A stretch of DNA of 64,000 nt from Eledone cirrhosa. Its lineage: Eukaryota. Shown here piece by piece: positions 1 to 51,955 of this stretch. Position numbers and translations under genes: made by a program. The stretch spans positions 12,462,001-12,526,000 of the forward strand of contig OZ024748.1 of the NCBI GenBank assembly GCA_964016885.1, read 5' to 3'. A model generated the notes under the pieces. The model did no database searches and was not told the DNA's origin. It saw only the letters and a program-made list of their open reading frames with translations. Each line of letters starts with the position of its first letter. The first letter of the stretch is position 1.

Positions 1-958
1 GTATTTTCATAGTAAAGGCTTTATCTCACATAATATCTCACATAACATTTACATTACTCTATATTTACTATTGTATTTTCCACTGTAAAGGCTTTATCTC
101 ACATAATATTTACATTTACTCTATATTTACTATTGTATTTTCCACTGTAAAGGCTTTCTCACATAACATTTACATTACTCTATATTTACTATTGTATTTT
201 CATAGTAAAGGCTTTATCTCACATAATATCTCACATAACATTTACATTACTCTATATTTACTATTGTATTTTCACAGTAAAGGCTTTATCTCACATAATA
301 TCTCACATAACATTTACATTACTCTATATTTACTATTGTATTTTCATAGTAAAGGCTTTATCTCACATAATATCTCGCATAATATTTACATTACTCTATA
401 TTTACTATTATATTTTCATGGTAAAGGCTTTACCTTACATACTTATCTCACATAATATTTATATTACTCTATATTTACTATTATATTTTCATAGTAAAGG
501 CTTTATCTCACATAATATCTCACATAACATTTACATTACTCTATATTTACTATTGTATTTTCATAGTAAAGGCTTTATCTCACATAATATCTCACATAAC
601 ATTTACATTACTCTATATTTACTATTGTATTTTCATAGTAAAGGCTTTATCTCACATAATATCTCACATAATATTTACATTACTCTATATTTACTATTGT
701 ATTTTCATGGTAAAGTCGTTACCTTACATACTTATCTCACATAATATTTACATTTACTCTATATTTACTATTATATTTTCATGGTAAAGTCTTTACCTCA
801 TACAATTATCTCACATAATATTTAATCTATGAGATTTTGATTTTGTTTTGAGAACAATACCTTAACATCAGTATGAATGGCCAGTTACAACCAGTTTGAA
901 CAGAAAGAGGTGAGAGAATTCTGGCAGGATCCAGCCGGTTTGAATGCTAAAGAGTTAA
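1..958 (-). mobile_element. piggyBac-like MITE copy with an internal 72-bp tandem expansion (runs off the window start)
   Basis: Ends ..AATGCTAAAGAGTTAA; body matches the MITE copies at 38618, 52892 and 54047; about 10 units of 72 bp in 1-800. Confidence 0.75.
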
Positions 959-1156
959 CCATATAACCATGCCTGCACCTATATATTTTGATATTTCACC
1001 ATTATTTAATTCTGTGACTTGTTGTTGTTGTATAGCTCCTGGCTTGCCTTGATTCAGGTGTATAATCAAAGGTGCTCCAGCCATGACCATCTCACCTTCA
1101 TTTAAATAATATATCTGAGATTATATTATCCTGGTGTTGGTTACCTGTTGATTTGT

Positions 1157-2400
1157 GAAATATAGGCAACAGCTATCAGATGGGTTATGAAATATAGGCA
1201 ACAGCTGTCAGATGGGTTATGAAATATAGGCAACAGCTATCAGATGGGTTATGAAATATAGGCAACAGCTATCAGATGGGTTATGAAATATAGGCAACAG
1301 CTGTCAGATGGGTTATGAAATATAGGCAACAGCTATCAGATGGGTTATGAAATATAGGCAACAGCTATCAGATGGGTTATGAAATATAGGCAACAGCTAT
1401 CACATGGGTTATGAAATATAGGCAACAGCTGTCAGATGGGTTATGAAATATAGGCAACAGCTATCAGATGGGTTATAAAATATAGGCAACAGCTGTCAGA
1501 TGGGTTATGAAATATAGGCAACAGCTATCAGATGGGTTATGATATATCTAAACTATAATAAAGTATATTTTAATGATCAGATGGTTTACAAGATATAGGC
1601 AACAATGATCAGATAGCCATTGCTTATAATTCATAAACTATCAAATAGTTTATGAAATATAAACAACAGCTATTGGATAGTTTATGAAATATAAGCAACA
1701 GCTATTGGATAGTTTATGAAATATAAGCAACAGCTATCAGATAGTTTATGAAATATAAACAACAGCTATTGGATAGTTTATGAAATATAGGCAACAGCTA
1801 TTGGATAGTTTATGAAATATAGGCAACAGCTATCATAGTTAATGAAATATAGGCAACAACTATCATAGTTAATGAAATATAGGCAACAGCTATCATAGTT
1901 TATGAAATATAGGCAACAGCTATCGGATAGTTTATGAAATATAGGCAACAACTATCGGATAGTTTATGAAATATAGGCAACAACTATCGGATAGTTTATG
2001 AAATATAAGCAACAGCTATCAGATAGTTTATGAAATATAGGCAACAGCTATCGGATAGTTTGAGATATAGGCAACAGCTATCAGATAGTTTATGAGATAT
2101 AGGCAACAGCTATTGGATAGTTTGAGATATAGGCAACAGCTATCGGATAGTTTATGAAATATAGGCAACAGCTATTGGATAGTTTATGAGATATAGGCAA
2201 CGGCTATCTGATAGTTTATGAGATATAGGCAACAGCTATCGGATAGTTTATGAAATATAGGCAACAGCTATCAGATAGTTTGAGATATAGGCAACAGCTA
2301 TCTGATAGTTTATGAAATATAGGCAACAGCTATCAAATAGTTTATGAAATATAGGCAACAGCTATCAGATAGTTTATGAAATATAGGCAACAGCTATCGG
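1157..2400. repeat. 32-bp minisatellite (GAAATATAGGCAACAGCTATCAGATGGGTTAT and variants)
   Basis: Two sub-arrays (1157-1541 and about 1640-2400) separated by a degenerate stretch. Confidence 0.95.
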
Positions 2401-2555
2401 TTAATCTGTGAGATTATATAACAGGCTACTGTATCAGCCTAAATAAACTACTACACTCTACTGTGGTATTGAGTACTTCTCTTGTTTATTAAAACCAATA
2501 TATATATATGTATGTATGTATGTATATATATATATATATATGTGTGTATGTATGT

Positions 2556-2589
<34 letters not shown>

Positions 2590-2593
2590 ATGT

Positions 2594-2624
<31 letters not shown>

Positions 2625-2670
2625 TATGTATGTATATATATATGTGTGTATGTGTGTATGTATCATCATC

Positions 2671-2999
2671 ATCATTTCATTTTACGTCCACTTTTCCCTG
2701 CTTGCAAGGCTGGGACGGGAACTGATTCTGGCTTGATTTCTACAGCTGGATGCCCTTCCTAACACCAACCTCATTTACAGTGAGTGCTGGGTGCTTTTTG
2801 CCGTGGCACCTCCACGACCACTTTGCAGTGGAATGATAGGGACCCCAGTCCTTATTTCATTTCTACAGCTGAGTAAACTGGAGCAATGTGAAATAAAGTG
2901 TCTTGCTCAAGGAAACAACACATCACCCGGTCTGAGAATTGAACTCACAAACTTTCGATTGCAAGGCCAATGCTCTAACCACTAAGCCATGTGCCTCCA
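2671..2999 (-). mobile_element. tRNA-derived SINE family B with RTE-like tail (also 8776-9098 +, 33579-33905 +, partial 44982-45110 +, 49966-50230 +)
   Basis: A box TGGCTTAGTGG, B box GAGTTCAATTC, central TCCTTGAGCAAGACACTT block, tail GTTAGGAAGGGCATCCAGC; near-identical dispersed copies. Confidence 0.85.
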
Positions 3000-4835
3000 T
3001 GTATGTATGTATATATATATGTGTATGTATGTATGTATATATATGTGTGTGTGTATGTATGTATGTATATATATATGTGTGTGTATGTATGTATGTATAT
3101 ATATATATGTGTGTGGATGTATGTATGTATATATATATATGTGTGTGTATGTATGTATGTATGTATATATATGTGTGTGTATGTATGTATGTATATATAT
3201 ATATGTGTGTGTATATGTATGTATATATATATGTGTGTGTATATGTATGTATATATATGTATATGTATGTATATATATATGTATGTATATATATATATAT
3301 ATGTATATATGTGTATATATGTATGTATATATATATGTATATATGTGTATGTATATATATATATGTATATATGTGTATGTATATATATATATGTATATAT
3401 GTGTATGTATGTATGTATATGTATATATGTGTATATATGTATGTATATATATATGTATATATGTGTATGTATATATATATGTATATATGTGTATGTATGT
3501 ATATATATATATGTATATATGTGTATGTATGTATATATATATGTATATATATGTATATATGTGTATGTATGTATGTATATATGTGTATGTATGTATATAT
3601 GTGTATGTATATATATATATGTGTATGTATGTATATATATATGTGTATGTATGTATATATATATGTATGTGTGTGTATGTGTGTGTATGTATGTATATAT
3701 GTGTATGTATGTATGTATGTATGTATATATGTGTATGTATGTATATATGTGTATGTATGTATGTATATATATATATGTGTATGTATGTATGTATGTATGT
3801 ATGTATATATGTGTATGTATGTATGTATATATGTGTATGTATGTATATATATATATGTGTATGTATGTATGTATGTATGTATATATATATGTGTGTGTGT
3901 ATGTATGCATCATTATTTAATGTCCATCTTCCACGCTAGCATGGGTTAAACGGTTTTGTTCCATTTGTGTGCGCGTGTATATGTGTGTGTGTATGTATAT
4001 GTGTGTGTATATGTGTTTTGTGTATATATATATGTGTTGTGTGTATGCATATGTGTATATATGTGTGTGTGTGTGTTTCTGCAACTAGTTTTTTTTTGAA
4101 GTCTGCTGACATTCCTTTTATCTTCTCTTCTAACCACTTTGTCTACCAATACTTGTTACACCCCCCCCCCCCCTTCATTGTGTGTGTGTGTGTGTATTTA
4201 TATGATAGATAGATAGGTAGATAGATAGTTAGAAAGTGATAGGTAGATAGATAGATAGTGATATATAGGTAGGTAGGTAGGTAGATAGATAGGTAAATAG
4301 ATAGGTAGGTAGGTAGATAGATAGGTAAATAGATAGGTAGGTAGGTAGATAGATAGGTAAATAGATAGGTAGGTAGGTAGATAGATAGGTAAATAGATAG
4401 GTAGGTAGATAGATAGGTAAATAGATAGGTAGGTAGGTAGATAGATAGGTAAATAGATAGGTAGGTAGGTAGATAGATAGGTAAATAGATAGGTAGGTAA
4501 ATAGATAGGTAGGTAGGTAGATAGATAGGTTAGATAGTGGTAGGTAGGTAGGTAGGTAGATAGATAGTGATAGGTAGGTAGGTAGGTAGGTAGGTAGGTA
4601 GATAGATAGGTAGAAAGTGATAGGTAGATAGATAAATAGTGATAGATAGGTAGGTTAGATAGTGGTAGGTAGGTAGGTAGGTAGATAGGTAGATAGTGAT
4701 AGATAGTGATAGATAGTGATAGATAGTGATAGATAGTGATAGATAGTGATAGATAGATAAATAGTGATAGATAGGTAGGTTAGATAGTGGTAGGTAGGTA
4801 GATAGTGATAGATAGTTAGATAGTGATAGATAGCC
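3000..4835. repeat. Compound microsatellites (TA/TG/TATG)n then (GATA/GGTA)n
   Basis: Directly visible; source of spurious Y/I/V/C/M-rich ORFs. Confidence 0.95.
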
Positions 4836-5929
4836 TCTTCCAACACCAGTTGACATTTCAACCCTCTCTCCCCTCCTCCAAGACATGAAATATGTTCCAC
4901 TGTTTGAAGTTTTTCTTTCACTTTTTGCCAATGGCTGAACTTCAATAGTTTTTCTGGTATTCCACTGTCTGTTTGTATGACTCTGTGTTTGTGTCTATCT
5001 ATCATTCAATCTACATGTCTCTCTGTCTGCCGGTCAGTCCATCTGTCTGCTGGTCAGTCCATCTCTGCCTTCCTGTCTGTCTGTCCGTCCTTCACTATCT
5101 CTCCAGCCATCTATCTCTGTATATCTCTATGTCTGTCTATCTATCTATCTCTATATCAGCCTGTAGGTTGAGGAAAAGGAGGAGGAGAGGAAAGGAGTAC
5201 AAACTCTTCGTACTCCTGGAGATGAGGGTTTCACATTTATTCGGGGGGGTATGTGTTACCCATATGAACTGTCTCCCCCTATTGGGGAAAATCGACTAAT
5301 TTTTTAAATTGCATTTGTGATAACATTTTACACGTTTTTATTGTATGTAAACTTCCCCCTTTGAATTTGTCCCCTTCTTTTGTGCCCCTGTGGCTAATAA
5401 AGAAACATATCTATCTATCTATCTATCCATCTAAGGGTTACACACTTTTTTCGGGGGTGTGTGTGCAACCTCCCAAAACGCCTCCTCCCTATTGAGGACT
5501 TTATTGTTAATTTTATATTTGTTATTTGTTTTATATTTATTTGTTTTCTTTACTCGCCTTTTTGTGTAACCCCCCCCCTTTTATTTGTCCCCTTCATTTG
5601 CTCCCTTTTGGCAATAAATAGAAATCTATCTATCCATCTATTTATCCATCTATCTATCCTCCCCCGCCCCTTGTCTATCTATCTATCTATCTATCCATCT
5701 GTTTGGTCATGCATCCTGCCATGTCTATCCATTCATCCTTCTATATCTATCCACATCTCTATATCTACTCTCACTACCACCACTACTACCACTATAGTAA
5801 CTCTATACCTACTGTTTAAATGTAATCAAATTATTGGTGATTGATTCTTCAGCAACTAATTGGTTTCTCATGTCCTACAGATTTAACTGACCACAAACAC
5901 AAAACATGTTCCATCTCTCTCAAATGCCT

Positions 5930-6380
5930 CCACACAACCAACACCACCACCATCAACACACACCACCACACCGACCACCACACCCACCACCACCACCACC
6001 ACCACCAACACACACCAACACCACCAACACCAACACCACCACACCAACCACCACACCAGCCAACACACACCACCACAACCACCACCACCTTCAACACACA
6101 CCAACACCACCAACACCAACACACCAACCACCACACCCACCACCACAACCACCACCACCTCCACCACCACCTCCGCCAACACCACCACCACCTCCGCCAA
6201 CACCACCACCACCACCACCACCACCACCACACACCAACACCACCAACACCAACACCACCACACCAACCACCACACCAACCACCACCACCACCACCACAAC
6301 CACCACCACCTCCACCACCACCTCTGCCAACACCACCTCTGCCAACACCACCACCACCTCCGCCGCCACCACCACATCAG
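5930..6380. repeat. (CAC/CCA)n low-complexity tract (similar tracts at 7785-8066, 30775-31900, 43225-43450, 62715-63237)
   Basis: Directly visible. Confidence 0.95.
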
Positions 6381-6472
6381 CAACCAGTCACATCACTAAC
6401 ACTACTGCTTCCACTGTGTGTATGTGGTGGGTATTTGTATCTTTATGTGTGTGTGTGTATGTGTGTAATTAT

Positions 6473-6508
<36 letters not shown>

Positions 6509-6607
6509 ATGTTATAGTGCCTGTAAATGTCTCTGTGTATATGTATACATAAATATATACACATATATACACATATACCAACATATGTGTGTGTGTATGT
6601 TTGTAAT

Positions 6608-6642
<35 letters not shown>

Positions 6643-6921
6643 ATTCTATATCCATATTTCATGCTAGCCTGGATTGGACAATTTGTCACAGTCCAAGATT
6701 AGACAACTCAGTGAACCAATATATATGGAAAATGGACATTAAATGGTTAAGATAAAGTTAATATCATCATCATCATCATCATCATCATCATTTTGTGCCC
6801 ACAGTTCCATAGCAATTTACACCTGATCTGATGATATAAGCTGGCCATAGAAATATGTACTGTGATTTTTAAATTCAATTAATATTTGGAATCCAGTGTG
6901 TGTGTGTGTTTGTGTGTGTGT

Positions 6922-7537
6922 ATAATTGTTTCTACTTGAGGCACAAGGCCAGCAATTACCCAGTACATTACTGGTACTTTATTTTATCGACCCCGTAAGG
7001 ATGAAAGGCAAAGTCAACCTCGGCGGGATTTGAACTCAGATCCTAAAGGGACGTAACTATGCTGGAAAGCATGGCGTCCAACCCTCTACCGATACTGCCA
7101 ATCCACCGCCCTGTATGTATGTATATATGTATGTATATATAATTGTTTCTACTTTAGGCACAAGGCCAGCAATTACCCAGTGCATTACTGGTACTTTATT
7201 TTATCGACCCCCATAAGGATGAAAGGCAAAGTCAACCTCGGCGGGATTTGAACTCAGATCCTAAAGGGACGTAACTATGCTGGAAAGCATGGCGTCCGAC
7301 CCTCTACCGATACTGCCAATCCACCGCCCTGTATGTATGTATATATGTATGTATATATAATTGTTTCTACTTTAGGCACAAGGCCAGCAATTACTCAGTG
7401 CATTACTGGTACTTTATTTTAATTTATTTAATGTATGTATATATAATTGTTTTTACTTTTGGAACAAGGCCAGCAATTACCCAGTGTATTACTGGTACTT
7501 TATTTTATCGACCCCATAAGGATGAAAGGCAAAGTTA
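6922..7537 (-). mobile_element. Tandem cluster of tRNA-derived SINE family A (two full and two partial copies)
   Basis: Head GGGCGGTGGATTGGCAGTATCGGTAGAG, B box GAGTTCAAATCC, core GACTTTGCCTTTCATCCTTACGGGGTCGATAAAATAAAGTACCAG, (ATT)n tail. Confidence 0.88.
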
Positions 7538-7585
7538 ATTTATTTAATGTATGTATATATAATGTGTATGTATTTGTCTTTCTAG

Positions 7586-45358
<37,773 letters not shown>

Positions 45359-45743
45359 TTCCCAATCACAGATCAATAATCTATAATAGACGAAATAATG
45401 AAAAAAAAAAAAAATGCAAGAGAAAAGAAAAAATCAACAAAAAAGAGAAAAATATTAAAATAGGGGTGTGGTAGGGTGGGGATGGGGAAAAATGTATTGA
45501 TAAAAGGGAAACAATCGAGAATTTTATTTCTAGTTTGGCGGTGTGATCTCCCTTTAAATGTCTTTGTATTTGTAGCTCAGTAGATATATATGTGTATATA
45601 TATGTGTGTATATATATATATATAGTGTGTGTGTGTATATATACACACACATATATATATATATGTGTGTGTGTGTATATATCCACACACATACACATAT
45701 ATATATGTGTATATATCTATGTGTGCGTGTGTGTATTTATATA

Positions 45744-45776
<33 letters not shown>

Positions 45777-46724
45777 ATATGTGTGTATATATGTATATAA
45801 TATATATACTTATATACATACATATATGTATATTGTTTGTCTACTGAATGCTTTAACCCCTCTAATTCTTTGCTGGCCATTTTTTTCTCCGGAAATGTCG
45901 ATAAAGATAAACCTTGTTGGAAATATTATTTAATTTGAAAATTTTATTTCATGATGTGGAAAATATAATTAAAAGGGTTTTAAATAGAAACACGTTTGTA
46001 CATTTGAATATATATAACAAATGTATGTACATACATATATACATATATACATATATACTTACACACACACATATACACACTTTGTGTGTGTTTACATACA
46101 AACATCCACACACTGAAATCAAATTATGCTTAAATACCAAACAATAACCGTTGCTACTGCTACTATTACTACTACTATAGCTAATAGATTTGCAAAGGAG
46201 GGTGGATTGGCAAAATTGGTAGAGCGTCTGACATGCTTAGCAGCATAGTTACAGCCATTTACGTTCTGAGTTTAAATCCCGCCGAGGTTAGCTTTGCCTT
46301 TCATCCTTACGGGGGTTGATAAAATAAAGTACCAGTAATGCACTGGGGTCGATTTAATTGATTTTCCCCTCCCTCCAAAATTGTTGGCCTTGTGCCTAAA
46401 TCAGAAACCATAATTATGTGGTTTTGTCAGAATCGGTAGAGCGTCAGAAGAAATGTCTTTGTAATATTTGTTTCGGCTTATTACTTTCTGAGTTCAAATC
46501 TTGCCTTGGTCAACTTTGTCTTTCATTATTTCACCGTCAATAAAATAACATACCAGTAAGGCACTGGGGTCAATCTTTATTAATTTCTTCTTCACCCAGA
46601 TTATTGGTATTTTACCTCAATTAAAAACTGTTATTGTTATTATAATTATTATAATTATTAAAATACACACAGATAATTTACTTTGTTATATAAAAAATGA
46701 GGGAACTTTTTCTTTGTAGAAATA

Positions 46725-47050
46725 TTTTAGAATAACAGAATAAATATTTTAGAATAACAGAATACTTCTCCAGAATAAGAGAAGGCTTCTCTAGAATAAG
46801 AGAATGCTTCTCTAGAATAAGAGAATGCTTCTCTAGAATAAGAGAATGCTTCTCTAGAATAAGAGAATGCTTCTGTAGGATAAGAGAATGCTTCTGTAGG
46901 ATGAGAGAATGCTTCTGTAGGATGAGAGAATGCTTCTGTAGGATAAGAGAATGCTTCTGTAGGATAAGAGAATGCTTCTGTAGGATAAGACAATGCTTCT
47001 GTAGGATAAGAGAATGCTTCTGTAGGATAAGAGAATGCTTCTCTAGAATT
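46725..47050. repeat. 21-bp minisatellite (GGATAAGAGAATGCTTCTGTA / GAATAAGAGAATGCTTCTCTA)
   Basis: Directly visible, two variant blocks. Confidence 0.93.
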
Positions 47051-47453
47051 CTTAAATTCCATCTACAAGTGTTGCTTGGAATATGTCTGCCTAAAGTTAA
47101 CCTAACATCCAGTTTGACTTGTGTCAGATGATGTGACCCAGGGTGGACCAGCAATCACAAATGGAGGATTCCAATCCTTGCTAGCAGGGAAAACGGATGT
47201 TAAATAATGATATATATATATAGACATATATATAGACATATATATAGACATATATATAGACATATATATAGACATATATATAGACATATATATAGACATA
47301 TATATGAGCGAGACACGGTCACCCAACCAATCTTGCCTCAAGTGGGACAACTTCCATCTAACCCATGCTAGCATGGAAGATAGATGTTAAACGATGTTGA
47401 TGATGATGATGATGATTATATATATATATATATATATACACATATATATATAT

Positions 47454-47504
<51 letters not shown>

Positions 47505-47516
47505 CATATATATATG

Positions 47517-47551
<35 letters not shown>

Positions 47552-47601
47552 TTTATATATATACACATATATATATACATATATATATATACATATATAT
47601 A

Positions 47602-47664
<63 letters not shown>

Positions 47665-47666
47665 TT

Positions 47667-47730
<64 letters not shown>

Positions 47731-47788
47731 TTTATATATATACACACATATATATACACATATATATATATATATATATACATATATA

Positions 47789-47839
<51 letters not shown>

Positions 47840-47850
47840 TTTATATATAT

Positions 47851-47895
<45 letters not shown>

Positions 47896-47908
47896 TATTT
47901 ATATATAT

Positions 47909-48037
<129 letters not shown>

Positions 48038-48050
48038 CATATATATATAC

Positions 48051-48085
<35 letters not shown>

Positions 48086-48098
48086 CATATATATATAC

Positions 48099-48199
<101 letters not shown>

Positions 48200-48217
48200 T
48201 ATATACATATATATACA

Positions 48218-48262
<45 letters not shown>

Positions 48263-49844
48263 ATATATATACACATATATATACACATATATATATATAT
48301 TTATATATAGTATCATTATAGACACAAAAAGCTTATATACATACTTATATTAATTTGTAATAACAATAATATGTATATATGTATTATTTATTATCAAATG
48401 TCGTTACTCATACATGTATGTTATGTCTGTATGAAATAGAATATCCATGTATTTTATAGATATCTTTTATTAAATGTTCAATCATGTGATAAAGCTTTTA
48501 TGATAATAAGCATACAATATACTGTGCCTCTGCTTATAGCTTTGATATTTTCTTATATTGTTGAAAGCCGTATCTCAAAAGTTGGCATTATTACACTGGG
48601 GTGTGTAAAGGTTGTGGCTTGGTAGAATTGGTACCAGTCATCTACTGGTGTCAATTAAACTGATCCTCTCTCTCTCACAAGCCCCCCAGAAAATGACTGA
48701 CCTTGTGCTTAAGTTAGAAACAATTATTATAATCAGATGTATAAAGTAGTTTATACTTCTGAATGATGTTATATATAAATGTACACTGTGTGAGTGTGTG
48801 TGTGTATATGCATGTATGTATATATGTATATACGTATGTATATATGTATGTATATGTATATATGTATGTATATAAATTTGATATAGAAATGGCTTCTACA
48901 GGACTAGAACTATTTCATTCAAAGGAAATCATCAGGAAAAGCCCTGTACAATCCATTTCTATATAGGATTTGTTGTATACACTCTACTAATGTATTGAGT
49001 ACCTTACTTACTGTGGACATCCTTGTTTGAACTCGAGACTCACATACACACACACACACCCACCCACACACCCATATATATATATACATTTTATTTTCTA
49101 GACACACACATGCTCCCACACTTGTCTAGACATTCTCACTCACAGGTCTAAATACAGATACACACGCATGCTAATCTAGATATACACACACATACACATG
49201 CTGGTCTAGAGACACACACACACACAACAAACTTTCTTTTAGGTGTGAAGATGGAAAAGAAACGTGTATTTCACATCACATAGTGTGAAACTATAGTATG
49301 GGTTTAATTGCAGAGCTAGCTAGCTACATAAACACACATGCACACACACTTATACACACACTCATGTACACATACACACTCTTGCACATATACATCCCTC
49401 ACATATACATACTCACCCCCACAAATTCACACATACATGCACACACTAACTGATAGACCCTCCTCCCCAACAGATATACAATTTTGTATGGTACCAATAC
49501 CATCAGTTTTACATCTCCTTTTCCCTGCTTAATTGGCTTAGATTAGCGTCCTTCCCAGTACTGCTTCCACAGCGCCCACCCTGCATCTTTTGAGTCCTTT
49601 CATCATCATCATCATCATCTCTTTTACAAGGTTCACCATCCTGAGATCAGCTTACATCACCTCTGCTCTTTGCTTCCTTCATCTTCTTTTTCTTTGTCTC
49701 CTGACTTTCTACTTAGAACTCCTGACATTTCTTCACCCAATAATCACCCCCATAGCTGTTATGTGTTCATACCAGTTTAGTAATCTTGAATTTAATTTTC
49801 ATTGTAGGGTGTATACATACATATATATATACACTCAGACATAG

Positions 49845-49890
<46 letters not shown>

Positions 49891-51091
49891 ATATATATAT
49901 TATATATATATTATATATATATATTATATATATAATGTGTGTGTGTGTGTGTATGTATATATACTTGGCCTTACAATCGAAAGGTTGTGAGTTCAATTCT
50001 CAGACCGGGTGATGTGTTGTTTCCTTGAGCAAGACCCTTTATTTCACATTGCTTCTGTTTACTCAGCTGCAGAAATGAGATGATAGGGACTGGGGTCCCT
50101 ATCATTCCACTGCAAAGCACCCAGCACTCACTGTAAATGAGGTTGGTGCTAGGAAGGGCATCCAACTGTAGAAATCAAGCCATAACCAGTTCCCGTCCCA
50201 CCCTTGCAAACAGGGAAAAGTGGACGTAAAAAAAATGATGATGACTCAAAAGAAATCAGGAAAGCCCTGGGCTTTCTTGATGATTTCTTTTGAATGAAAC
50301 AGTTTTAGTCCTGTAGAAGCCATTCCTATATTAAACATGATATATTTCATTATATATATATATGTAGGCGCCATGGTAAGAAAGCACCCAGCACTCACTG
50401 TAAATGAGGTTAGTGTTAGGAAGGGCATCCAGTTGAGCAAGACATGGTCACCTGACCTAGCATTGTCCACAACAGGACAACCCGTCTAACCAATGCTAGT
50501 GTGGAAGAATGGACCTAAATCGGTGACGATGTTGATGGATAGATAGATAGATAGATAGATATAAACCTGATTGTCAAGCTTGGCTATTGGACATTCTATC
50601 AGAAATCAGAAAATAATTTTACTTCCTTTGAAATACGGTTAGTTTATTTATAAACCACTTGATTTACTATTAAAGCAGCTATCTGTGACTATAGTGTTTA
50701 TTTTGTTAAGTGAAAAATTGGTCTTTGATGAGGCTTAATGTATTGATTTAAGGGTTTATCAAAAGATCAATATGTAGTGGTAGTGGTGGTGGTAGTAGTC
50801 CTAGTGGCTTTAGTGGTGGTAGTAGTAGTTGTAGTAGTAGTACTAGTTGTTGTTTAGTCCTCAGGTCATCATTCATTGATCAATTCTATGATCGACATTC
50901 CAGCCATGACCATACCATTGATATTATTAAATATGTCCTTCCTTGTTTAAAAGGCTATAGTTTGATTTGAGGAAGATTGCCCTGCTATTTCTAGAAGTAG
51001 TTACTAGTAGTAATAGTAATAATAGTTGTCTTGGTGGTGGTAGTAGTAGTAGTAGTAAAGGTACATAATTTAATGGTTGGGGTATTGGTCT

Positions 51092-51362
51092 TATAATAAT
51101 AATAATAATGAAATTATTGTGTAAAGTGCTCAGGTGCACTACAACTCGTCAATATAGTACATAGAATAATACACAAATGCCAGGGAAGTACATGTTTGTA
51201 TGTGTTAGCTGTAGTGTTGGCGGATCTCGGGAAGCATGGAGGCCTTAAAGGATGCAGTGTCTCGACAGCTAACAACTGATGCAGGTAGTTTGTTCCATGC
51301 TTCAGCAACTCTGAGCGTGAAAAAATGTTTCCGAAAGTCATGGGAACTGTGCTGTTTATGAT
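51092..51362 (-). mobile_element. CR1/L2-group LINE 3' fragment
   Basis: Minus strand HKQHSSHDFRKHFFTLRVAEAWNKLPASVVSCRDTASFKASMLPEIRQHYS* (FF..RV...WN.LP..VV....FK motif), short 3' UTR, (ATT)n tail. Confidence 0.85.
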
Positions 51363-51747
51363 CATAAGGTGGTGGGTTTAATTCCTAGACCAAATAGTGT
51401 GTTGTCTGAGCAAAGCCTTTCATTTCACATTACTTTAGTACCGTCAGTAGTAGCTGGGGGAGTTAATTTTGTGATAGACTGGTATCCTGTCCAGGAGGGT
51501 TGCTTTTAATCGCAGTCACATAATGCATCGTGAAGCTGGTATAATAAGCTTTGTTCTGATGAGCCGTCAAGCTTGATAATGACTATGTAATAGTAGCAGT
51601 TGTGGTAGTTGTAACTGTAGTAGTAGTAACAACAGTTGTAGTTGATGACAGTAGCTGTGGAATATAAGGGAGGCTTGACTAACCCACAAACAGGGTTTAC
51701 ACTTAGAGATGTTTATATATATATATGTATATATTCGTGTGTGTGTG

Positions 51748-51790
<43 letters not shown>

Positions 51791-51911
51791 CGGAGGTCAC
51801 AGCATATACATATAATGTACATACATGCCTGCACATATATATATACACATACATACATGCCTGCACATATATATATATATATATATACACATACATACAT
51901 GTATGTATGTG

Positions 51912-51955
<44 letters not shown>

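Noticed and set aside
5862-5930. Acceptor-like cctacag|ATTTAACT resembling the start of exon a
   Set aside because: Only about 10 nt match, the GAA frame hits TGA at once, and no GH31 similarity follows.
1-7585. Upstream GAA exons (signal peptide, trefoil domain, RYEVP block)
   Set aside because: Not found by eye in this interval; presumably upstream of the window.
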